Virus record (IMG/VR): IMGVR_UViG_2595698618_000001
Location: 15,136 to 79,135 of that record
Source of the DNA: a virus
Lineage: Duplodnaviria; Heunggongvirae; Uroviricota; Caudoviricetes
DNA: 64,000 nucleotides
Direction: 5' to 3' (one strand)
The position numbers and the translations under genes are program-made. Of this stretch, positions 37,273 to 47,141 are shown one piece after another (the stretch's first letter is position 1; the number at the start of each line of letters is the position of its first letter). The notes under the pieces are model-generated. The model saw only the letters and a list, made by a program, of their open reading frames with translations, did not search any database and was not told the origin of the DNA.

Positions 37273-37863
37273 TTAAATCTTTCGATTTATAGCAAGGTCT
37301 TGGTATCTCCTATCATCAAGAACTGGCAACTCCATCAGGGCAACCTCTGCCCACTCGCGGTATTGTCCATTCTTTCGTGTTCGGTGGAATCCATATTTAT
37401 CAAAGAATGGAATCACTTTCTTAACAATATCTCCATACTTGCTTACTTGAAACACGATACTACCCTTTTCTCCATCTCGGCGGGGAGCATATTGGTGTAT
37501 AGTTCCACAATCTAATGTTTGTTTGAGCATATCAATTGCTTCAGGGTCATCATCCGCTACCGTAACTTGGAACGTGAACCTTTTAGAGCCATTCTCTCGC
37601 TTTCTTATGAATGAACCCTCTCCGGCAACAAAGCCTGCAAGAAAATTACCTCGCTCATCACTAATATCCGAAAGGTCTATCTTGTTGGACGATTCGATTG
37701 ATTCTATTTTGTCGAGGTCATCGTGTTTCTGAAGCCCAAGTCGTGAAGCCTTTGCACGAATTGCTTCAGAACTTCGCCCAAACTCATCAGTTAGGTTATC
37801 GGTATATGTAACTGGATATAATTCTTCGAGTTGAGAAATTTCGTCTTGCGTCCATTTACTCAT
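37273..37863 (-). CDS. LAGLIDADG homing endonuclease with N-terminal HTH
   Basis: NFLAGFVAGEGSF...FQVT...; WTQDE...GRSSEAIRAKASRLGL. Confidence 0.85.
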   Translation of the reverse strand: MSKWTQDEISQLEELYPVTYTDNLTDEFGRSSEAIRAKASRLGLQKHDDLDKIESIESSNKIDLSDISDERGNFLAGFVAGEGSFIRKRENGSKRFTFQVTVADDDPEAIDMLKQTLDCGTIHQYAPRRDGEKGSIVFQVSKYGDIVKKVIPFFDKYGFHRTRKNGQYREWAEVALMELPVLDDRRYQDLAINRKI

Positions 37864-37914
37864 ATGTCACAGTATGGACTACAGGTATTTAAGTGTTTCG
37901 TTTTTGCTGTGACA

Positions 37915-38212
37915 GAATGAAAACCTTACGGGAAAGTAAGGCGGTGGTTCCAGCCCACCAGTAGGCCGCCACCCTACGCCCTTGGCCGAGGACCTTTTAC
38001 GGCGGAGTTTTGTCCTAATTTTTGTGCCAGACACCAGTAGGCCGTGACCCTACACTTGACGATTACCGCCAGAGTTGGTTACACCCTGACTACTGTGCTT
38101 CTCACGAAGCAATCCGCGCCTTAGTTCACTTTCGTACCACGAGGGCACGCACGCTTTACGTGGAGTCTTTCATTCACGGTATCCACGCACCGTTATCCCC
38201 TATAATGGGAGA
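37915..38212 (-). ncRNA. Large structured ncRNA A (~260-nt core)
   Basis: Closing stem GAAUGAAA/UUUCAUUC; at least 7 hairpins incl. a GUGA tetraloop; 22-nt internal repeat. Confidence 0.65.
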
Positions 38213-38213
38213 G

Positions 38214-38285
38214 TGGGCAATGAGAGAATCGAACTCCCTTCTCATCCTTCGCAGGGATGTGTCATATCCAGTAGACCAATCGCCC
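38214..38285 (-). tRNA. trnR: tRNA-Arg(GCG)
   Basis: catcc-ctGCGaa-ggatg. Confidence 0.9.
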
Positions 38286-38314
38286 AATTGCGTACTTCTA
38301 CGTATGACCTCCTA

Positions 38315-38917
38315 CTACTTAAAGGTTTCGATTTCCTCAATACAATCTCGAAGAACCGCCTCCTTTGACTGATTCGCATCAATTCGTACAATCCGGTCGT
38401 ACCGCTCGTACAAATCCTCATAATTCTCGCGCACGCGCTCTTGGAAACCAGACTCCTGCTCATACTTCTCATCTCCATCAACCCTATCGAAAGACGTACC
38501 AACATCAACGTCAAGCCATAGAGTCAAATCAGGCTCATAATTAAACGGACCCATCACCGACTCAATATACGGCATAACATGACCACGCGGAATACCAGCC
38601 TCCTCCAACGCAATAGACTGATACGCCCTCGTGGAATCCGCATACCTATCCGAAATAACCATCTGTCCCTCCTGAACAGCAGGACGAACACGATTCTCGA
38701 TATGGTGGACCCTATCTCCCATAAAGAAGTAGAAGTCCGTGAGTGGATTCGTGCCGGAGTCTGATTGAAGGCATTTTCGGACTTGTTTGCCGGTCCATAA
38801 ATCGCTTGGCTCGCTGGTCATCATAACGTCGCCGTATTCATTTTCTAAGCCCTCTGCTACGGTCGTAGTACCTGCGCCGTCTACTCCTTCGAGTGTGACG
38901 AATAATCCGTTTCTCAT
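38315..38917 (-). CDS. tmk: Thymidylate (dTMP) kinase
   Basis: FVTLEGVDGAGTTT; EPS; DRVHH; VISDRYADSTRAYQ; PDLTLWLDV. Confidence 0.93.
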   Translation of the reverse strand: MRNGLFVTLEGVDGAGTTTVAEGLENEYGDVMMTSEPSDLWTGKQVRKCLQSDSGTNPLTDFYFFMGDRVHHIENRVRPAVQEGQMVISDRYADSTRAYQSIALEEAGIPRGHVMPYIESVMGPFNYEPDLTLWLDVDVGTSFDRVDGDEKYEQESGFQERVRENYEDLYERYDRIVRIDANQSKEAVLRDCIEEIETFK

Positions 38918-39052
38918 ACTTCTATTTACGGGTTTCGGGTATTTAAAGTTTTGGGTTTAAGCATACCGACGCACATTAGATAGAGTGCAGTCGAAACCTC
39001 CGATTCAACTCAAACCGGAATCTTTAAGTAGCCAGAATCCGTTTTACCTATA

Positions 39053-39601
39053 ATGATTCTTGGTGAGCAGGAGATTATTGAGAGGGTTGAATCGGGGGAT
39101 TTGTATATTAGTCCCTTCGTAGAAGAACACGTCGAACCCGCCTCAGTAGATTTACGGCTTGGGCATAGTTTTACGACGATAGAACCAACTGGTCGGACAA
39201 TAGATACACACGACCCGGACTCGTTCGAAGCGAGGACATTTGAAGTAGATACGCTCGAACTATACCCCGGTGAGACTATTCTCGGTACGACACTCGAAGA
39301 AGTCGGTATCCCCTCGGATTTGGTGGGGAATGTTGTGGGTCGGTCGAGCCTTGGTCGTCTGGATGTGGTGATTCACAAGACGGCTGGCTTTATCGACCCC
39401 GGCTTTAAGGGAGAGATTACTCTTGAGATTGAGAATGAGGGTCAGCATCCGGTGAAATTGTATCCGGGTGATAGGGTTTGTCAGATTTGGTTCGCTCGTG
39501 TAAATGGTGTTGAAACACCCTACGGTGAGGAACGCGGTTCGCAGTATCAGGGACAGTCGGGAGCCACTCCTTCTGGAATGCAGTTCGACTCTCGGGAATA
39601 G
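39053..39601 (+). CDS. dcd: dCTP deaminase
   Basis: PASVDLRLG; GRSSLGRL; AGFIDPGFKGEITLE; RVCQIWF; YQGQSG. Confidence 0.95.
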   Translation: MILGEQEIIERVESGDLYISPFVEEHVEPASVDLRLGHSFTTIEPTGRTIDTHDPDSFEARTFEVDTLELYPGETILGTTLEEVGIPSDLVGNVVGRSSLGRLDVVIHKTAGFIDPGFKGEITLEIENEGQHPVKLYPGDRVCQIWFARVNGVETPYGEERGSQYQGQSGATPSGMQFDSRE

Positions 39602-39702
39602 AAAGATTTAAGTAGGTCCAAGCCCTACTGTAATATCCCGAAGTTGGGCGCGAGAATTACAATTTACGTAGGGATGGCTCTCGCGTTTGACGGTGATAAA
39701 TT

Positions 39703-42063
39703 ATGACAGAACATATGAAACAAAAGGAACGAGAAGTAGAGGTAGAGATGCCTATTCTCTCTGTCGATGAGAGTCTTAGCGTCGAAGAACGGATGACGGC
39801 TAACGCCTATCACAATATTTTACCAGCACGGTATCTGCTTGAGGGTGAAGACCCCGAAGACCTATTCTCCCGAGTCGCGGAGAACGTCGCCAAAGCAGAA
39901 GCCGACGAAGTATCAGAGGAAATGTGGGCTGACGAGTTCGAGCATATGATGGCTACACTCCAATTTATGCCGAACAGTCCCACTCTGATGAACGCAGGCG
40001 GCTCGCTACAGCAACTCTCCGCTTGCTTCGTCCTCGAACCCGGTGACTCAATGGCGGAGCCTGACGAGTTTGGTCGAGAGTCTATCCTCGATACCGTCAA
40101 GCACGCAGGGCAAATCTTCAAGTCAGGCGGCGGTGTCGGTTATTCCTTCAGCGCACTACGCCCCAAGGGAGCGTACATCGAATCCACAGAGTCAGAAACC
40201 TCTGGACCAATGCAGTTTATGCGTCTCTATGATGAAACGTGTGAAACTGTGAAGCAGGGTGGTAAGCGTCGTGGCGCTCAGATGGGTATTATGCGAGTGG
40301 ACCACGCGGATATTGGTCGCTTCATTACGGCAAAGCGTGTTGAAGGAAACCTCGACAATTTCAACATCAGCGTTGCACTAACCGACGAGTTCATCGAGGC
40401 AGTTCGCAACGACGAACTATACACCTTCTACGACCCACAGACTGACTTTGACGGGACGCAGGATACGCTCGAAGAAACCGTGAAGTTCTACTCTCCTGAG
40501 TACGCGGATAACCCTGTTGACTTCCAGCAGGCTAACGCCGAGGATAAGGTTGGGATGGAATTGGTTGACGAGAACCTTTGGCGTGATTACGCTGATTCCA
40601 TCGAGGCTCACGTCGATTACGACAGCGACGAGCGTGTGTCCCTGAAGGAGAAGTGGGGCGACGACGCTCGAATGCACCTCAAGGAAGGTGAAGTGATGCA
40701 ACTCCCCGCTCGCTTCATTTGGGATTTAATCATCGACGGAGCGTGGCGCAACGGAGAGCCGGGTCTATTCCACTTGGACGAGACGAATCGACAGCACTCG
40801 TTCGACGCGGAGAAGCACCCGCATCATGAAATTAATGCGACAAATCCATGCGCCGAGCAACCGCTTTCTGCATACGAAGCATGTAACCTTGGGCACATTA
40901 ATCTCTCCTTGATGATGAAGGACGACAGCCTCCCATTCGAGGAGTGGAAGAAGCAGACTGATTATGATTATCAGTTTGAAAAGAGTGCTGTCACGGATTA
41001 CGTTGAGGAGAACGTGGATTGGGAGCAGTTGCAGAAGATTGCTCGACACGGTACTCGCTTCCTCGATAACGTTGTCACAATGAGTGACTTCCCGCTTGAG
41101 GAGATTACTCAGCGCGTCAAGGGCCAGCGGAAGATTGGCCTTGGCATTATGGGATGGGCGCAGATGCTCTATCAAATGGGTATCCCTTACGGAAGTGACG
41201 AGTCGTATCAGGCGGCTCGTGTCGTGATGGGATTCATCGACAAGGAATCCACGAAGATGAGCCACGAACTTGCGGAAGAACGCGGCTCCTTCGAATACTG
41301 GGACGAGTCTAAGTATGCGAACCCCACGGAGTACCCGCAATGGTTCCACGAGCATACTTACGAAGACCCCGAGAATTGGGAAGATGGCTACCCGATTCGT
41401 AATCACAACACGACTACAATCGCCCCGACTGGGACGACTTCGATGATTGCGAACACGACGGGTGGCTGTGAGCCTGCCTACAACGTCGCAAACTTCAAGA
41501 ACGTCGGAGACGACATTCAGGGAAGCGATATGCTTGTTGAGTTTGACGACTACTTCCTCAAGACGCTTGAGGCTAACGGCATCGACGTTGAGGCTGTGAA
41601 GGAGGACGCGGAATCCAAGATGCGTAACAACGAGTTCGACGGAGTTGACGACCTCTCCATCCCCGAGGAAATCGCTCGTGTCTTCGTGACGACCAACGAC
41701 CTCTCCTCGCGTCAGCACGGTCTAATGCAGAGAGCATTCCAAGAGTTCGTTGACTCGGGTATCTCGAAGACGATTAACGCTCCGAACAGCGCGACCCGTA
41801 ACGACGTTCACGAGGCGTTTATGCTCGCTCTGGACGAGGACGAACTTGGTCAGACCATCAAGGGCCTCACGTTCTACCGAGACGGTAGCCGCGACGAGCA
41901 GGTCCTCACGACCCGCGTAGACAACAATCTCGACAAGGAAGACGAGACTGACGTGGGCAAGGCTCTGCTCTACGAACTTGGTGGCGAAGACAAAGAATGG
42001 AGCGAGGAAGACGTTGAGAAGTTCCTCGAAGACGCAGAAGACTACGTGGAGAACCGACTATAA
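39703..42063 (+). CDS. nrdJ: Class II (B12-dependent) ribonucleotide reductase, lacking C-terminal Cys ribbon
   Basis: FMPNSPTLMNAG; LSACF; GGGVG; RRGAQMG; ATNPCAEQPL..YEACNLG; TIAPTGT; DSGISKTIN. Confidence 0.93.
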   Translation: MTEHMKQKEREVEVEMPILSVDESLSVEERMTANAYHNILPARYLLEGEDPEDLFSRVAENVAKAEADEVSEEMWADEFEHMMATLQFMPNSPTLMNAGGSLQQLSACFVLEPGDSMAEPDEFGRESILDTVKHAGQIFKSGGGVGYSFSALRPKGAYIESTESETSGPMQFMRLYDETCETVKQGGKRRGAQMGIMRVDHADIGRFITAKRVEGNLDNFNISVALTDEFIEAVRNDELYTFYDPQTDFDGTQDTLEETVKFYSPEYADNPVDFQQANAEDKVGMELVDENLWRDYADSIEAHVDYDSDERVSLKEKWGDDARMHLKEGEVMQLPARFIWDLIIDGAWRNGEPGLFHLDETNRQHSFDAEKHPHHEINATNPCAEQPLSAYEACNLGHINLSLMMKDDSLPFEEWKKQTDYDYQFEKSAVTDYVEENVDWEQLQKIARHGTRFLDNVVTMSDFPLEEITQRVKGQRKIGLGIMGWAQMLYQMGIPYGSDESYQAARVVMGFIDKESTKMSHELAEERGSFEYWDESKYANPTEYPQWFHEHTYEDPENWEDGYPIRNHNTTTIAPTGTTSMIANTTGGCEPAYNVANFKNVGDDIQGSDMLVEFDDYFLKTLEANGIDVEAVKEDAESKMRNNEFDGVDDLSIPEEIARVFVTTNDLSSRQHGLMQRAFQEFVDSGISKTINAPNSATRNDVHEAFMLALDEDELGQTIKGLTFYRDGSRDEQVLTTRVDNNLDKEDETDVGKALLYELGGEDKEWSEEDVEKFLEDAEDYVENRL

Positions 42064-42151
42064 TGGAGGAAATGATGGACGAAATACTGAAACTCGGAAG
42101 CCAGAAGCATAGTGAACGACTGTACGTAATTGAAAAAGGAGGTGAGCAAGA

Positions 42152-42265
42152 ATGAGCGCAACTCAACAGATTTGCCCGTCGTGTGGTGAAGGAGTGATTG
42201 AGCAGTCGTCGCATTCATCGTGCGGCGTTTGCAACAATTGCTTCTTCTCGCCCTGCTCTAACTGA
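42152..42265 (+). CDS. 37-aa Cys-rich ribbon resembling the NrdJ C-terminal domain
   Basis: MSATQQICPSCGEGVIEQSSHSSCGVCNNCFFSPCSN; GGAGGTGA RBS; coupled via a 30-aa ORF 42063..42155. Confidence 0.7.
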   Translation: MSATQQICPSCGEGVIEQSSHSSCGVCNNCFFSPCSN

Positions 42266-42392
42266 GCGGGTGATTCTTTTTCTCGAAGTTCTCCTATTTC
42301 TTTTCGCGGATTATCTTGCTTATCGAATTTTAACCGAAAGACTTAAGTAGTAGGAGAACCAAGTTACAACTTGACATACGGAGGTGATTCAT

Positions 42393-42530
42393 ATGCCCGA
42401 TGAGGAATATTCGGCTCATCGGTGTGACGAGTGTGGCGCAGACTTGTGCCAGCAGTCAGGCGAGTGGTTCTGCCCTGATTGTCAGGAAACGTTCCAACTC
42501 GTTCCCGATAGAGAAGAATTTATAGTTTAA
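42393..42530 (+). CDS. 45-aa CxxCG zinc-finger microprotein
   Basis: RCDECG...WFCPDC; GGAGGTGA RBS; promoter at ~42333. Confidence 0.7.
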   Translation: MPDEEYSAHRCDECGADLCQQSGEWFCPDCQETFQLVPDREEFIV

Positions 42531-43021
42531 TTCTCAGCGGTGAGTTTCTCCTTCGTAGAGAAGTCGTTAGCCGCTCTTTTCGCAATCATATCGAGCAGTA
42601 CGTGTCTGTGACAATGCTCATTTTCCCGCTCGAAGCAGACCAACGTAATGCTCTCGCCTGTCCGTAGGCGTCGAACTAAATCATCAATAGCCCGCTGTGC
42701 CTCATCAGAATTGCGAATATACTCGACGTATTTTTCATCCAAATCGAGGTCTTCGTAGGCTCGGTCGCCCGGTTCGTCAATCGCACTATTCATTCTATAT
42801 TCGGAACGCCGCTTCCAAAATTTCTTGAGATACTTCTCCGGCATTCCGAGAACAGGAGTCCATTCGTCTGTTACATCGAGGATTCCTGTATCGTTAGGCT
42901 TGCGAACTACGGCGATTTTCGTCTCGTTACAATCCGCGCCGTAATTCTGCAAAGTCGCCTGATTCGGGTCGTGCTTATCGCTAAGAGTATGAAAGCACGC
43001 TTGCTTGAGGCGACCTGTCAT
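42527..43021 (-). CDS. DUF488/YeaO-like protein
   Basis: ESITLVCFERENEHCHRHVL C-terminal motif. Confidence 0.6.
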   Translation of the reverse strand: MTGRLKQACFHTLSDKHDPNQATLQNYGADCNETKIAVVRKPNDTGILDVTDEWTPVLGMPEKYLKKFWKRRSEYRMNSAIDEPGDRAYEDLDLDEKYVEYIRNSDEAQRAIDDLVRRLRTGESITLVCFERENEHCHRHVLLDMIAKRAANDFSTKEKLTAEN

Positions 43022-43061
43022 AGCAAGAACTACGCACTCTAACTATAAAAATGTTCCGGTT

Positions 43062-44225
43062 TCACTCGATATTACGACTATCCGCAAACGAGTGAATCGC
43101 ATCCACGTATTCAGCATCAAGCGAACTCCCATCAGCCTGATGATGAAACCACTTCGCATACACAGCAAGTTGACTCCCGAGAGGAGCGACAGTCCGATGC
43201 GTCCTGATAGTTTCAATGCTATCTTCTGCGTCGAGTGACGCCATATTCTTATTCGGGAAGTCTACCTTGTACCTCTCGGAAACCGCGCTCTCTGGTTCCT
43301 CACAGCGTTCGTCAGCGAAGTAGGCCATTCGGTCTACCTCACGAACCAAATCCCGAGAAGACCGTCTCACGGGCAATACAAGACTATGGTGCTTATTCGG
43401 GTCAGTCTCTTGCTCGACTACTCGATAGATATGAGGCGACAGTATGACGAGTGCTTTCAATCCTCGATTCATACATCCATATCACTCGCACGAGCCTTAA
43501 CCTTCACGGGATACACCGTGTGGCGTAGATTACAATCGTGGCATTCGTAATACCACACAGGGTCATCTGCATCCGGGTAAAACTCGATATTATGAATATC
43601 CTGCCCGCATTCGGCGCAATTAATTTTGTAAATCGAGTCCATACCCTGTTCGTTCGTTGAACGATAGTCGGTATACTTCTCGTTCGATTCTTCCCAGTCG
43701 AAACTCATTTTACCATCAACCTATCAAGAGACACTTCAATCTTATCGAGGTCAATTTCAGGAATTTCATCCTTCTTTACCTTCTTTAACTCACGCTCGAT
43801 TAAGACGTTAGTGTATTTTACACGAGAATCACAATGCTCACAACGGGCATACGGATTAGTTTCTACGTAACCATACACGTACTCATCATCGTGCTTGGTT
43901 GGTCGGAAGTCTCCCTCCCATTGCTCGTCTAATTGCTGAAACGGCCCCTCGTGAACACGATGGTATTCACCATCACCACACTCTTTTGGCTCACTACTAA
44001 ACAATCCCATTATTCAATCACTTCAGTTGGTTCGTATTTATACGTTTTGGTGTCTTTTTCGACATTGCGTGTTTCACTACAATGAGCGCATCGCTCACCA
44101 GTTTTTCGAGTAGACTTCCACTCGAATACCCCAGTCTCGTGACTGAAGTTTCCGCGCATTGCGTATTGCTCGTCAAACTCGACCCATTCGTGGTCGCACT
44201 CTCCGAATAAATTTAGGAAACTCAT
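43062..44225 (-). other. Run of small hypothetical/Zn-ribbon ORFs (43062..43472, 43469..43708, 43705..44010, 44010..44225)
   Basis: CAECG/ECHDC; paralogous EC..H...RCEHC and ECDH...RCAHC. Confidence 0.55.
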
Positions 44226-45025
44226 GGGCTGATTTGAACTGGGCCTTTGTCGTCCCAGTAGGCGGCGGTGTAGGGAATCCATTCGCGTAGTTCCTCGACT
44301 ACACCATCGCTCATATTTCGAATCTCCCATTGTGCGTTTCCGCGTTGGCGGAGGTTGAGGACGTGGAGCATCGTGCGAGCGTTGCCCGACATTGTGACGT
44401 TAACCTGAGTCGCCAGAGGGAGCGCATACCGAGCGTCTTCGGCAGGCACGCCCAAGTCAAGCAGAGACTCGTAAGCGATGGTGCAATTCTTCAGCGCCTT
44501 CTCGTAGACGTGTTTGGCGTTCTCTCGAACTTCGTCGTCTTCATCCTCCCACACGAGGCCGTCGCTTCGCGTGAAGTGGTCGGGGTTCGTGAGAGACTCA
44601 GGCATTGCGTAATCAGGGTCGTCAAAATCGACGTAACGCATCGACTGAATATCGAATGAGAGGTGTCGGTGTCGGGTAATCTGCGCCATCGTGACTCGAC
44701 TCATTCCCTCGATAGCGAACGTAATTGACGGATGCTCCCAAATTCCCCAATGGCCGCGACTCGCCTGCTTGCGAATGAACGCACGAGTCTTCGCCTCATC
44801 GTAAATGTAATCCGGCAACTCGTCAATATCTTCATCGAGGAATGCGTTGTCAATCTGTGGGTTCTCACGGATTGCGCCAGCAATGTCTTCGGTCCCGTAA
44901 TCGACTGGTTCCATCAGTTCGGTGTAGTCTGCATCTCCGACGAAGCCGCCGTACATATCTCCTCGTCCCGAACGGCAGATAAGCCTCTCGGGATTTTCAG
45001 TCTTGTTGAGAACTTCGACCTTCAT
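44222..45025 (-). CDS. thyX: Flavin-dependent thymidylate synthase
   Basis: GHWGIWEH; SRVTMAQITRHRHLSFDIQSMRY; EDARYALP; AQWEIR. Confidence 0.95.
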   Translation of the reverse strand: MKVEVLNKTENPERLICRSGRGDMYGGFVGDADYTELMEPVDYGTEDIAGAIRENPQIDNAFLDEDIDELPDYIYDEAKTRAFIRKQASRGHWGIWEHPSITFAIEGMSRVTMAQITRHRHLSFDIQSMRYVDFDDPDYAMPESLTNPDHFTRSDGLVWEDEDDEVRENAKHVYEKALKNCTIAYESLLDLGVPAEDARYALPLATQVNVTMSGNARTMLHVLNLRQRGNAQWEIRNMSDGVVEELREWIPYTAAYWDDKGPVQISP

Positions 45026-45860
45026 CGGAGCATCTCCTCGATTTCGTTGCATTGCTCTTGCGTCAGGTCAATGCTTTCCTCATTGCGAAGGAACTCCATA
45101 ATCGAGCGTTCTAAGTCGTAAGAATTATCGTCGTGTGTTTCGAGGACGAGAGCCGCGAGATATGCGAACTCTTTGTTACCAGCATCCTCGATAATATACT
45201 GTTCGCCAAGGGCGTCAGCAATTTCGTCAAGCGTCACTTCCACGGTCAATTCGCCGTATCCAAGAGTTACTGTGCTTTTCTCCATATAGGAGAAGACGGG
45301 CTACGGCTTATTAAAGGTTTCGGTCAGAGTTCGCTCATCAACTCCGAGTAGACTTCGCCAAACTTCTCCTGCGCCACATCTGCATCTGGCAGGGCATCAA
45401 TACCTTCCTGAAGTGCCTCCGCTTGCTCCTCTCTGTTTGCATTGAGGAGATTAACGCGAACGTCGTCGGCAAATTCCTTTGCCATCTCCCCATTGCCGTT
45501 ATCTAATTCTTCGAGTGCGATACTCAGGAAATCCGCATTCTGTCCAATCTGTGTCTGATTCATCACACCTCATACTACGATTCAAGGGTACTTAACTAAT
45601 TCGATTTACCCCTTCGTCATAGCACGATTTTATGTTGAGCATAATACCATACGCTCGAATCACAATCGGCTCATCAACGTCAACCATCACGCCATTCTGC
45701 CGATTCTTACGCTTGAAAAGAATCTGGTCGGAGACACAATCTACACGCATCTCCCAATATTCATCTTCAAAATAGTAAACCGAGCCATCGTCATAGTAGC
45801 CACTCTGTACCATTTCCCAACCACGAACAGGCACTTCCGGCAACGCCTCCTCGTATGGAT

Positions 45861-46208
45861 TCATACTGCTTTACGGAGGCTCGTGAGACTCGTCTTGCCG
45901 ACTCCCGGTACGCTGGATAGTTCCTCGTCGGATGCAGAGCGAACGTCACCTCGCGTCTCATAGCCAGCCTCACGCAAGTTCGACGCCGTACCTGCACCAA
46001 TCCCCTTCAAGTCTTCGAACTGTACCTCGAAGTCTGAATCATCAAAGTCTTCCGCAGTCTCATCAACCATATCATTACACGAGGGGCAGAGGCCACTATG
46101 CTGATGCAGGCTATTCACTTTCCATAGGTGTTCCTCAACGTGGTCTTTTCGAATAACGGTATCTCTGTCACACTCGTCGCAGTAAATTCGGTATGATACT
46201 ACTGTCAT
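45861..46208 (-). CDS. Zn-ribbon plus tandem HhH protein
   Basis: CDEC/CPSC; LKGIGAGTA; VPGVGKTSL. Confidence 0.7.
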   Translation of the reverse strand: MTVVSYRIYCDECDRDTVIRKDHVEEHLWKVNSLHQHSGLCPSCNDMVDETAEDFDDSDFEVQFEDLKGIGAGTASNLREAGYETRGDVRSASDEELSSVPGVGKTSLTSLRKAV

Positions 46209-46247
46209 ACCTACTCTTACGAGTTGCTACCTAAAAAGAGTTTCGCT

Positions 46248-46757
46248 TTACCGTCGCGTCAGCAACGTCTCGAAAATTCCCGAAAAGCCACATTCATCAC
46301 AATTAACGTGCATCTGAATCGCATAATGATTACCCGAAGGCTCGATGTTCACGTCACCTTTCACCGTCTCGCCGCACTCCTGACATTCTGTTGTATTATC
46401 CATTGGTGTGTTTCTCCCGATTTCATCTACCTCGACATAAGCGACTTCCGCCTCCTTTCCGTAAGGGTACATAATTCTAAAAACTTCGTCCTCTTGAAGC
46501 GAGCGAATAGCAGTTTCAATCTTTTTATTCACAGTATATCCTGTGACAATTTCATCGTGCCAATCATCCCAAAATTCGTGTTCTGCGTCGAGAAGTGTAT
46601 GTTCCTCGTTCTTCGGGTCGTGTGTCTCTCCGATTGGCGTAATGCCGAGCATATGAGGAATACGAACTTCGTTCTCAAACATATCTATCTCCTGACCGTG
46701 CAGAACTCGGCGGAGTCGGACAGCCACTTCCTCACGCAAGTCTTCCATCGTGTTCAT
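46248..46757 (-). CDS. Hypothetical protein with C-terminal Zn ribbon
   Basis: CQECG...CDECG. Confidence 0.55.
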   Translation of the reverse strand: MNTMEDLREEVAVRLRRVLHGQEIDMFENEVRIPHMLGITPIGETHDPKNEEHTLLDAEHEFWDDWHDEIVTGYTVNKKIETAIRSLQEDEVFRIMYPYGKEAEVAYVEVDEIGRNTPMDNTTECQECGETVKGDVNIEPSGNHYAIQMHVNCDECGFSGIFETLLTRR

Positions 46758-47141
46758 AGGAAGTAAAAGGAGTTCCTGCTACTTAACTGTTTCGCTCAGA
46801 CGGCGCGGAGCCTTACAGCCCACCATCGGCGTTTGAGATGCCTGCTGTGAACGATTGACCACATTCTTCGCAGATGAACCCACGCTTTCTGGCGGCAAGA
46901 GAGCCACAGTTCTCGTGATGATAGCCAATCATCGAGTCGCCGTAAATTGACTCATTAGCGTCGAGTGTTTGACAATGGATGCATTCTCCATTAGTGCAGA
47001 CATTATCTTCACACTTTTCCGAATGATTGCGGAAATCTCCTAATTTCTTGAAGACTTCTGCAATTCTTTTTGCGACTGATGCAAAGAAGTCTGTTAAGGC
47101 TTGCATCACGTCTTCCAATGCATTGACAAACGAGGTGAACA

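Noticed and set aside
37915-38175. RNA A as RNase P RNA, SRP RNA, tmRNA or a group I intron
   Set aside because: GAAAGACUCC and ACAAAACUCCGCC resemble RNase P CR-I/CR-V but do not form P4. There is no SRP helix-8 motif and no tRNA-like ends. The P3/P7/P8-like pairings leave only ~16 nt for P4-P6, and there is no flanking exon to splice.
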